A stretch of 64,000 nucleotides of DNA from Azolla caroliniana (taxonomy: Eukaryota > Plantae > Polypodiophyta), in assembly GCA_043228905.1 (NCBI GenBank), contig JBHGNT010000013.1, forward strand, positions 10,602,001-10,666,000. Reading direction: 5' to 3'. Positions within the stretch are counted from its first letter, which is position 1. The number at the start of each line of letters is the position of its first letter. The position numbers and the translations under genes were made by a program. Below, piece after piece: positions 26,656 through 38,236 of the stretch. The notes under the pieces are model-generated. The model saw nothing but the letters and a program-made list of their open reading frames with translations, searched no databases and was not told where the DNA came from.

Positions 26656-27887
26656 TGTCGTGGATATCCGCGGCTTGAAGGTTGGATGGGGCAGGATCAT
26701 TGGGGTCTTAAACCAAAGAGAAGGATGGATAGGTGCATACGTATGGCTACCACCCGACAAAAATACTCCACCCTCAATGCCTCATGCACATTCCTCGTCA
26801 TCATCTCGGCATCATAGGTTTCCAGATAAAATGGGACTCTGTCCCCGTTGAAACGGCCGACTTGATCGACCACACACTCAATGGCTTGCTGCATCGTGTC
26901 TCTCTTTAGCTTCATCTGTTTGAAGGATCACCAGGGTCTCGGACTGGGGAGAAGGATGGGCGGGTTACTAGGCTTCGTCAGTGTCGACTTCCCCGACTAG
27001 GGCTCTGGCCTAGTCGTCACCTTCGTGTGGTGGTTGCTTGTCGACTTCTTCTGTTTCAACTAATAGACTTGCCTTCGTCCTTTTGGACCAGTCTAGCCGG
27101 ATTGCCTTCGGATAGTTCGGATGGGTCCTTGTGGCCCCCAACTTGCACTCGGCAACTGTATTGCCCTCTCTTTCTACACTTGTGATGCCATATAGAAAAT
27201 CTAGAGAGAGAGGAGAGAAACGCACACACTTACACACAGATGCCGGTAAAGAGAGAGACATATAGAGAGAACCACCAGCAGATACAAAAACCATATGTAA
27301 GACTAAATTTTTATCCATATATAAAAAATGGTTACATCCACAACTAGGTACACCGAGTATCTACAGGCAAGCCTCCAATCGGGGAGCTCTTGGGCTTGTT
27401 GCCACGAGTGGAGGCCTCACACAGTAGTCTAAGTAGAACACAAAAACTTTACGAGAATTCGAGCTCAAGAAAACCTCAATAGACAAAGAACCTATCGACC
27501 TAACCCTAACCCTAACAAAGAAAATAAACCCTCGGAACCGTCGGGATAAAGAAAACCGAAACCCTAATAAGACCCCCTTCTCCTCCTTTTATAGTCCAAG
27601 GAGGGAAGGGTGTTACAAAGTGGTCAAATATTCCTCTCTTTTCAGCGAGGATATCGTGCCTTGATTTCCAGAATAGTGAAAGAGGTACATTAAAAACCCC
27701 TCTCACTTTCATACTCATCCCACTACCCTCTACGTGTGCATGTGTGCTAATGTACACATCACATTTATTCCTCACTAACTCCTTTGTGCCCTTTAGTACT
27801 CTTTACTTCACATGTGCAATCGCTGCACATCCCCGTTCTTGCCCATTCCATTCGATTTTCCCAACATTGTCGGAAATCTCCATGACA
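26656..27887 (-). mobile_element. Solo LTR related to the 25825 LTR, carrying an internal gag fragment
   Basis: TSD ACGC (26652-55 and 27888-91), TGTCG...TGACA termini, and a gag piece at 26730-26915 (RFNGDRVPFYLETYD). Confidence 0.8.
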
Positions 27888-28686
27888 ACGCTTGAGGTGC
27901 CTCTCAGGTACCGAAGTATCCACTTCACTGCAGCCCAATGCACTCTGCCCAGAGAGTTGACGTATCGCCTAACGACTCTGACCACATATCCAATGTTCGA
28001 GCCTAGTACATACCATCACGTACATCAGGCTTCCGACTTCTGAGGCATAGGGTACCTTCATCATCTCAACCTTCTCCGTCTTCATCTTCGGACATTGGCC
28101 TCTCTTTAGCTTGCAGTATGTTAATAGTGTCGAGCCGATCGGCTTCGTGTCTTGCATGTTGAATCTTTGGAGGACCTATGTCACATATTTTTCTTGTGAC
28201 AACCATATCAACTTGTTTATCCAATCTTGAACAATGTGCTTCTCTCTCTTAGAGTGTATCTTTTGCCTCCATTCGACATAGTCGGCTCCTGTTCGACCTC
28301 TTTGGTCAGCACTTCATCCAAGTTAGATTTGGATCCTTGTTCGGTCGTCTTCTTTTTTTTGACCAATTCCCCTTGTTCCTCAATCGGCTCTCAAATTTGT
28401 CAATTATCTACTCAGCCGACTGGTTCGTATATGACTTCGGTCGGATCAAGTTTTCTTCGATTCGGCCGATCATCAACTCGGCTCAAATCGGTAGTTGGAA
28501 GCCTTCGGTCGATTGGGAGGCCGACCTTGTCTTCTCCATCTCCCAGTTGGCAATCGACTTTACTTCTATGAATGATATATCGGCTCCCAATCACCTTCTT
28601 GTCGATTAGGTTCCACAAGCGATACCTGAATTCGTCTTCGTCGTAGTTGAGAAATACACACGGTAGGCTCTTGGGATCAAGTTTAC

Positions 28687-29223
28687 TGTAAGAAATAGTG
28701 CGGAATATTGCTCGGCCACAACTGAGTCTTGAATCACTTCAATGAGAATCAAACACAGAAATGGGGTTGGAGATTAGTACACATACACACACGAACAGTA
28801 GAGAGTACACATGATGTTTACGTGGAAAACCCTAATAGGGAAAAACCACGGGAGCCCACTGAATCCAAACTATCACTATATAAGAAAGGTACAATCAGAG
28901 ACTCGAAGGCAACGACCTCGGGCTCTCTATCTTCGCCACGCGGCGGTTACAACAGAGTATCGCTCTATATATCTCTCTATATATATACAACAGTTATGCA
29001 CATACAACAATATGACAACTCTTACTTCCGTGATTTCCCTAGTTCATATTTATACTCATATCAACTTAGGGCTATTTACAAATATAGCCTCAATAGGCTT
29101 ACTCAAAACATATTTACAAATATGTCTTCTCTTCTGGTTCTCACCGGGTCCATCTGATCCGGTTCTCACCGGGTCCTCTTCATTCATAATCGGATCCCAT
29201 CCGGAGGGACCGACTTCCCAACA
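28687..29223 (-). mobile_element. Copia-type solo LTR
   Basis: TG...CA with 5-bp TSD TTTAC. It splits the host KDQRGK|LDPKS motif. Confidence 0.9.
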
Positions 29224-31140
29224 TTTACCCCTCTGGTCCTTAGCTACATGCAGATAGGCCAAGAAATCGAACATCCTCAGATGCCGGTATGACACCTTCT
29301 TGCCAGACCATACCTTTTGTGGTATGTCACCATTTAGTGGTAGCGAGGAAGACCTATTTATTATATAAATGGTCACCATCAATGCCTTGACCCAATATAT
29401 CTTCGGCAATTTCGCATGTGCTAGCATACATCAGACTCTTCCCATAATAGTCCGGTTCATTCTTTCAGCTAGGCCCTTCAACTCTGGTGTTTTCGGCACT
29501 GTGTACTCAAGCCAAACACCTTGATATCGGCAATACTCTTCAAATTGCCCTTGGTATTCGGTCTGGTTTCTCTTTTGGCTCTTGCCTTGAACTCCTTGAA
29601 CAAGCTAAGTACTTGATCCTTTGTCTTCAATACATAAGCCCACAACTTACGATTGTGATCATCAATGAAGGTAATGAAGTAGTGTCCACCGGGATGAGAC
29701 CATGCATCTACATAGCATACATCGGTGTGTACGAGTTTGAAGACCATTTTCCTCTTAATCGGGGGTCTCGGTCGAGAAGCGGTTCTATTTTGTTTGCCGG
29801 CCAGTCAGTCAGTACATTTGTCTAGATGCACATTTTCCATCTCCAGTAGGAGATCTTTGTCGGCCAACATCTGCATCCCCTTTCGATTCATTTGGCACAA
29901 CTCTTGTGCCACAACTCACTGAATGTATTGGTTGCCAAGTTTACTTCGTTTCGGCACATTCGTGCATGCAATACATACAATGTATTTTGTTTCTTGGCAC
30001 GAGCCATTCTTAGGTTCCCTTTACAGAATTTCCATGTGCCATTTCTGATGTTACTGCTATAACCTTCATGATCAAGACGTCCAACCAATATTGGATTCAA
30101 TCTAATATCCGGAACATGGTGCACATCCTTCAACATCATTTTGTAGCCTATTGAGGTCAACAACCATACATTTCCGATTCCGACGATCTTGCATGCACCG
30201 TCATTTCCCATCTTCACCTAGTCGTAGTCACCGGTTGTATACGATGAGAAGCATTCTCTATTGGGGGTCAGGTGAAATGATGCACCAGAATCAACCACCC
30301 ATGTTGATTCTTCACCGACGAGATTGACTTCATTTTGTTCACTAATGAATAGCAGCTCCTCTTCACTCACGGCAATTGCTGAGGTGTTCTTTTTGTCTGG
30401 GATTTTCTTCGGCTCTACACCATCAACTCCCCCTTTTTCCTTATGGTAGTTTCAACAGTGTTAGGATCGAGACTAGCCACAACCGGTTTCACTCTCGAAT
30501 CTTCGGGTACAAAGATCAAGAGAGATAGTGCACAGACAGAAAACGTGAAGGTAGAAAACACAAGTACAAAGACACAATATTTAGTGTGGAAAACCTGAAT
30601 GGGAAAAACCACAAGACTCCTCAAATTCCGAACTAGATCACTATAAGGGGAGGAGTACAATGAGAACCTCCAAGGCAACAATCTTAAGCTCTGCTTCATC
30701 AAACAAACGGTTGTAGAGTTTCTCACTCTCACTCACTCTCACTCTCACTCTTACACGGTTACAAAGGCAACTACCTTCTGTGTGTCTAGACAACAATGAT
30801 CAACCATACCACCAACATAATGTTTGCCCAAGATGTATATATACTATGGAGGTGCGACGTGACAGACAGAGAGAGACAGACTTCACCTTTCAAGTCTCAT
30901 ATCTCCCTCATCTGGAGTCAGAATCGGACAAGGTTTGCATTGTTTTGGGGGTTTTGGAGCCTTCCGGATGGATTGAGCATGTCAGATTCACTCAAATATG
31001 AGCGGAGTGCAGACTTCAGGACCTGTCTATTTCGACCTAAGTTGTGAGACACCAGGTTTGCTCCTCTCATTACCTTTGTTAGACCTCTCTACATTTCAAC
31101 ATACAAAAAACCAGGTCTACCACATTATTGTTGTCAAGGA

Positions 31141-32054
31141 TGGCTCAATCATCTGCTATAAGAAGAGGAAAGAAATTGTAGAAGATCTAGTAGATACAAA
31201 ATGGCTTTAGGATAGTTTAGATGAGGACTTTGTAGAGGCTAGGAAGACATGGGATGGGCCTTTGCCAAGCAAGGCATTTACTATCCTATCACAAGACTTG
31301 TTGAATCCTTTAAAAGTGTACATGTCAAATGCAATTATTCTTTTCTTTCCTAGGAAGATTCCTTCTGCAAATGACGTGGCTCAATGGATAAATGCAATGT
31401 TTAAAGTCTATGTAGTTAGTGGAGTTTATTTAGCTGCTAGAGGGTTTTACGAAGTATTGCTATCAGAACCAAAGTACAAAACTCAATTACTTGAGGAATA
31501 TCCTTTAACATGTAGAGATCAAATGGTTCATGCATTGTCGTGGTCTTTGACAAAAGACTATCAAGGGCTAATTCGTCACAAATGTCCCGTCTGGGTGGAA
31601 GTGCTTGATTTTCCACGAAATTGGAATCACTTGTTACCTACAATTGCAGCAGGAATGGGGAGAGTAGAAGCCCCCCAAAACTAGAAGTACTTCTAATAGA
31701 TTTTGCATTCTTTGGGACACAGATGTTCCGATCTTGGAAGGTATCACCCTCAATTTGGATGATCCAATTATTGGTGCAAGAACTTTCAAGTTGAAATGGG
31801 GCAAATTTGAAGGTGCATGTTACACATGTAACAAGTTTGGTCATACGCAATCAGAATGCCCAACACTGACCATTCAGCCACTTGAAATCGCAATGTTGAA
31901 GCCTGCATCATTGCAAGAAAATAGCCAAGTTTCTTCTTCAATGGCAACAAACCAATCTATGATGCAACCCATTCAGAAACTGAGAGTACAAGACAAAGGG
32001 AAAAGTAAAGCTCGCAAACAAGTGGTAATATGCAATCCAACCTGCACTATTTGA
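31141..32054 (+). pseudogene. LINE ORF1 (DUF4283-like plus CCHC zinc knuckle), disrupted
   Basis: RGFYEV, PVWVEV and CYTCNKFGHTQSEC, with frameshifts and stops. Confidence 0.8.
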
Positions 32055-32371
32055 AACAAGCCTTTGATGTGGACAAAGCGAACAATGAAGGTTGGCAAAT
32101 ATCTAAGAAATCCTTTAGAAGTAAGACACCTGTGGTGGTGAGAAACTACACTCACACACTTGAGAATCAAGGTTCATCTTTATAGATTAATGTTTCAATG
32201 CTCTCTTCAGTCTCAGAAGCTTGGAAAAGGGTTAGTAGAGGCTCATATGTGGACATTTACAAAGATGGATCAAATGCAGATATTAGGCATCATGCAAATA
32301 AGCATGGCGGTGATACTAATATGCAGTCATATTAGTATTTTGCTTTGTTTTATATCTTCAACCATATTAAT

Positions 32372-35300
32372 CATGCATAAACAAGTCAAATGTGTCTCCT
32401 TCAATATACAACATCTTTGTAACCCTAGTAAATGGAAATTATTTTGGAACTATATTACCTCTTCTCAAGTAGATGTAATTTGTGTTCAAGAACATAAACA
32501 AGTTAAATTCAATGGTCAAGTTTGTATATTTCGAGGTTTTGACATCTTCGATGCAGGACAAGGTACAACATCTGGAGTGCTTATGATAATAAAACATGAG
32601 CTAAATCCTACGGTTGCCTATAAGGGTCAACGTGGGAGCTGGATGGTTGTGCAATGCATGATAAATGGCGAGACATATGATTTTGGTGGAATATATGCCC
32701 CGAATGCCTCAAGGGATAGAGATTTACTTTGGCAAGACATTTGTGCCTATCCATGGCCACAAAATGCATTAATATGTGGAGATTTCAACAACTCTCCAAA
32801 TGTAGGTGATAACACTAGTGGGCACTCACATATGTTGAGAGAGGAACAAGGTCAATGGTATAATATGCAAAGCTCATTGGATTGTGTTGATTTATGGCAA
32901 ATGACACACCCACATGTTCCTGGTTTTACCTTTCATCACACCACCCACTCCACATACTATGCAAGGCTTGATAGATGGTATTTGTTGCATGCTAGTCAGT
33001 ATGAAAATTTCACATGTACAATGCATATAGATCATGCTTTGCAGTTGTCAGATCATGATCCTGTTTGGTTAGATCTTGATTCTGGGAATCATTCCTATGA
33101 AGTGCATCTCCAAAGGAAGAGACTTATGCTCATTAACAACAACTACCTCAAGCATGAACTCTTCAAGAGGATGGTCTATGACATAATACCTCCTCTTTAT
33201 GTAGAAGTCAACATAGATGTTGATATAGCATGGGTACATTTTGTACATATATTACAAACAATAATACAAGAGTATGGGAAGTGGTATGTCTCAAGATAGA
33301 GAGATTACACTCAACAAGACAAATTTACTTGTCAAGCCCTAACAGAGTTAACACATAGAAGATCTTTGACTTTAAATGAAGAGGATGCATTGTGTATGGC
33401 CAAACACACATTGATGCTACATGACAAAAATAAATTGGAAAAATGGCAAGTTAGGTCAAGACAAATTCCATTGAAAGACAAAGGATGCTCTTCTAAATCC
33501 TTCTTCAAAAGGTTGCATCTAATACGCCAAAGGGAATCCATTAAAGTCATCAAAATTGGTGATGGTTTGTGGACTACAAACCAACTTGAACTAGACAAGG
33601 AATGTGTAACTCACTTCTCTCACATCTTTGAGAACAATGATGTTGTTACAGATGCAGTTAAACAAGCTAGAGATACATTCTTGTCACTAGTTCAACCCAC
33701 TATTTGTGTTGATAAAGCTATTTCTTTGGATGCAACATTCACAATGGAGGAGCTCTTGGAGGCTCGAAAGTGCCTCGGGAATGGCAAAGCACCTGTTTGG
33801 GATGGTATTACGTTAGAGTTCATTACAGAATTTTGGGATGTTCTTAAGGATTTAATCCTATTTATGGCAAATAATGCTTGGCAACAATGGGATATGCCGA
33901 TCTCATGGAAAGAAGATTTGGCCAAATTAATACCCAAAAAGAAACTGTGTGAATCTTTTTCGGATTGGCGACTAATCACTCTCATGCCAGTGATCTACAA
34001 ACTTATTGCAAAGATAATTGCTAATTGTATTAAGGACACTTTGTTGTGATGCATACACGTAAACCAGTATGGGTTCATTCCTCGAAGGCAAATTACAGAT
34101 AATATTGCTAATGCTTATATTGGACTAAAGTATGCCAAATACACCAAACAAGATGTATTGCTCATGCAAATTGACATTGAAAAGGCCTTTGACACCATCC
34201 AATGGGATTTTGTGGCAGTCACAATGGTCAAACTAGGATTTGGTTCAAAAATGTCTCAACTAATCTATTGTCTTTATGGGTCTAGCACATCTTCACGCAT
34301 TATTGAGGGTGAATTGATAGATTCATGGAGCTTAGCCAAATCAATACGACAAGGTTGTCCTATAAGTGCATTGTTGTATGCAATCGCAACTCATCCAGTA
34401 CTATTGTACATGGATCATCTAGTATCAATTGGTCAACTTCATGGTTTGCAAATGAAAGACGGACATGATTTCGTGGCTCAATCATATGCAGATGATACAT
34501 CATTCCTATCACAAAACAATCCAAATGATATGAGGGTGATTATGGATGCCCTCAAATTGTATGGATTGGCTGCTAGATTGCATGTTAACTTCAACAAGTC
34601 CAAAAATCTACCCTTGACGCCATATAGTTGGCATCAACTTCTTGGCTATCCATTGGGATGGAATGCAATAGGGAAAAGAAAGGCTGAATGGGTTCTGCAA
34701 AAAGTGAGACAAAAGCTAAGCTATTGGAAGATTGCAACATGGCCACTCCATGTTGGATTGAGGATAGTGCAATCAATATTCATGGCTTATATGCAGTATT
34801 ACTTAATTATGATTGATTGGCCGAAACACATGATACAAAAGATTAACTCAGGAATCATAAGCACCTTTTGGTGCTCTAAGCAGTCCAATAGAGATATACG
34901 ACTTTTATCACTAGAGAAGATATGCACTCCATGATTGAATGGAGGGCTAAATTTTCTTAATTTGCATTTGCATATATTGACTAGAAAAGCTACTTTATTT
35001 CCGAAATTTGCTGAAAAAACATTGCCTTGGGCAAGAATGCTATCTGATATGTTTGATCATTTGAAAACTAGGTCATTTGGCTCATGGGAAACTAATCATT
35101 GGGAAAGCTTGACAGGCACATCAAATGTTGTTCGTTTAGCTCAAAGCTTCTAAAGCACTGGAAGGATGTATTCCACTACATAAAATGGAAAGGTAAGCAT
35201 TCAAAATTAGGGAACTCTTTACGCCTCGAAATCTTACATTGGAGTGCTATATTCCCACAGTCATTGGCTGAACAAGAGCCTAGGAAAGCTTAGTTTTTAG

Positions 35301-36039
35301 CAAAGAAGGGGCTGAAATCAATTGCAGGTATGGTAAATGACAAAGGTCACTTATTGCACTTCAATGACATGACATATCATTATAATCTTGGGCCACATCA
35401 TCGCGTTATATGGAATCAAGTCACTGAATTGGTGCTTTCCTTAGTACCTGTGCCACCTCTCAATGGAGATCGCAGGATTCAGGATTGGATGTTACAAAAA
35501 GGGAACATTGTTATTCCAATGCATAACATTGCAACACATTTAGTGTATATGTTGTTGCAACCTGTCCCATGGTTTCACGAACATGCAAATGCATTATGGA
35601 ACCTACACAAAACGCAGTCCTGGTGGAATAATAGGCTTGCAAGCTTATGGAGCTCTAGTCTTCCACTTAAGCAATGGGTATTCCTATGGAGATGCTTATT
35701 GGGTGTGCTCCCGACTGGGTCGAATCTTCAAAGCGATCGATAGCCTCGTCACATTGTGCAAGATGTGGTGGACGATTGGAAACAGTCCCACACTTATTAT
35801 GGACTTGTTCATTCACTACAACATTTGTACAAAGACGAAGTGCATCTCTTTATCACAGATTTCCTGGCCGAAGGTTTGGTAAACACTTTTGGATATTTGG
35901 ACAAATTCCATGTGCCCTATCCGACAATGCCTATTTTCTCCAATGGACACGATTTTGGGCACTTTGGACCATTTGGACAACCCACAATAATAAGGTCTTT
36001 GATCAAAACCAACTGCATGAAGTTAGCTTCTTTAACTAA
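32372..36039 (+). pseudogene. LINE ORF2 (APE endonuclease, RT, zf-RVT), disrupted
   Basis: ICVQEHK, IYAPN, CGDFN, RLDR and SDHDP; DIEKAFD, RQGCPIS and YADD; CARC...ETVPHLLWTC. Multiple stops and frameshifts. Confidence 0.9.
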
Positions 36040-37080
36040 TCCCTCAAACAATCTCTATTTGATTGTCTGCAATTTAGAGACATCACACTCCAAATTTACA
36101 ACCTTTGCTTTGAGTGCTTTTAAGCCCTTTAGTGTCTAATCGACACTTGTATATTTTTCACCTCACTATGAGGTTTCCCACTAGTAATAAAAGTGTTACA
36201 AAAAAAAAACTAATACAACATTTAGGGCTATTTACAAATATGGCCCACTAAGGGCACATTCTGACCATTTATAGTTATAGTCTCCCGAATCGGCTTATAT
36301 AATCGATTCTCAATTTCAATTCTCGATTTCGGCCTTGGTTGAATTGCCCATTTGATTCCATCCGATTCGACTCGTACTCTTCTTCCCATCAGACAGTTCT
36401 TTTGGAAGTGTCCTAGCTTCCCACAGTAGAAGCACGTGGGTCTTTCCTTTGATTTTGACCTCGGTTTGGACTTGTCCCGATTCTGGGCACTTCTATTTCG
36501 GCCTCTTCCTCGGTTCATGTTACCATCTGTGGCTAAGGCCTTCGGGTTGGAAATGGACTCTCTGTCCTTCCGGTTGTCATGATATGGCAAGACTCGAACC
36601 CATGACCTTAGGTTATATGGGTTGAGCTCTTGACCATTAGATCATCTATTGTAATACGTAGGATATTATTTTCATTTACATTTTATAGGAAATTAGTGTA
36701 TATTCCAGATTTCTCTGGAACATTCTAGAAGCTTCAGGATTACTCCTGAAAACACTATAAAAGAGAGCACTAGGCATTATGTTGAACCAAATTGGTTCAA
36801 CGCCAGTCTTAAGCCTTTTAGCCATCATTGTATATTCTCTTCACATAATACATATCTTTCTTATCATCACTCTCTCCCTCTCTCGATCTCTCTCTTTCTC
36901 TCCGTCTCGCTCACTTCTTCCTTCTCTCGAAGAAGTTCTACACCTCTCATAGTACTAATCCTTCGTTTAGTACTAATTCCTTCTCTGTCTTAGTACTGTT
37001 CTTGACAGTTTGAACCAATTTTCCTACCTTCTGTCTCTCTCATTTCCTACTAATATCTTATTCCTCTTTTCTTTCATCCC

Positions 37081-38197
37081 ATGGCCACTGTTAGCGCTGA
37101 AGAATATCAATCTGTTTTCTCGGAATTTCAATGCTTGAAGGAGAAGTTCCATGCTTTGGAACAAGAAAACCAACGGTTGCTGGGGGATCTTTAGCAAATC
37201 TCCTTAGAAAAGCAGCAAACGCAACAACAGCATGGGGAACTTGCGTTACGCGTGCAACAACTCGAAGCAACCATCGTAGCGATGAAACAACAAGGGCCCG
37301 GAACACAAGGGATTCATAAAGAACCCAAGATTGGCCTTCCCACGAAGTTCGATGGAACGCGATCGCAGTTTAGAGGGTTCCTTAACCAGGTACGATTAGT
37401 TATTCAAATGCATCCTTCCCGATATCCCACCGATGCATCACGAGTGGGTTTAATAGGCACTTTGTTAAGTGGCTCAACGTTGTCATGGTTCACTCCACTA
37501 TTAGAAAAGGAATCTCCATTACTCAACAATTTTGAAGAATTTCTAGGTGAGTTTAAAGCATATTTTGGAGATACTGACAACATCAGGACCGCAATCAACA
37601 AAATTCGGCGATTACGCCAAGGTGACCATCCAGCCTCTGCATATGCTGCAGATTTTTGCCTACTCGCTGTCGATATCCCTTGGTTTACGCAACGACGTCA
37701 AGGATTTACTCTTGACCTTCCTCGAAGAGCCAAAGTCCTTAATAGAAGCGATCAGTCGCGCGGTGAGATGTGACAACCGCCTCTTTGAGCGATGTTCGGA
37801 ACGACAGCTACAGATGCCGAGGGCAAGATCAGAGCTTACCTACGCCTCAGTGGTAGCAAGACCTTTTTCGAGGGAGTCATATAATGCGCCTCCAGCGAAT
37901 ACTCCGACTCCGATGGAGATTGACACCACACGTCGTCGAGGGCCATTATCCGAAGAAGAAAAGCAGTGACGCCGTACAAATCGATTATGTCTTTATTGCG
38001 GTGGACCAGGACATATCGCAATAAATTGTCCCCATAGGCCAAGAAGACAGGTAAACCAAATAGTCGCTAGTTCTAATTGTACTAAACCCGAGCCTATTTC
38101 AGTAGGGATATCTGATAGTCCTAATAGTACTAATAGCCCAGATCTAGCAAACAAATTTGATGTCCTTAGTCAGTTAGAAGAAGAGTTAAACGACTAA
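37081..38197 (+). pseudogene. gag of chromovirus A (stops and frameshift)
   Basis: KFDGTRSQFRGFL, LRQG, PMEID and CLYCGGPGHIAINC. Confidence 0.9.
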
Positions 38198-38236
38198 GTC
38201 CAGCCAAAATAGGAGCCGTTTGGTTGGACAGCCCTA
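38185..38236 (+). promoter_or_regulatory. -1 ribosomal frameshift signal at the gag/pol junction
   Basis: G TTA AAC in the gag frame, a 6-nt spacer, then the 11-bp stem GTCCAGCCAAA/TTTGGTTGGAC. pol is in the -1 frame, and the signal is conserved in B. Confidence 0.75.

Larger units (their letters stand above)
30847..36209 (+). mobile_element. Near full-length L1-type LINE, degenerate
   Basis: ORF1-like region followed by EN-RT-zf-RVT, AATAAA at 36186 and poly(A) at 36200-36209. Confidence 0.9.
30459..36391 (-). mobile_element. Copia-type solo LTR (30459-30846 plus 36210-36391) split by a LINE
   Basis: TGTTAG...CATCA with TSD AACAG/GACAG. Both halves align to the LTRs at 24188 and 28687. Confidence 0.8.

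Noticed and set aside
27501-27515. Telomere-like TAACCC repeats
   Set aside because: Only about 2.5 units inside an LTR; telo-box-like, not an interstitial telomere.
25825-27887. Pol III module in the 25825 and 26656 LTRs and in the copia LTRs
   Set aside because: Looked for by eye and not found, so the module is not universal.
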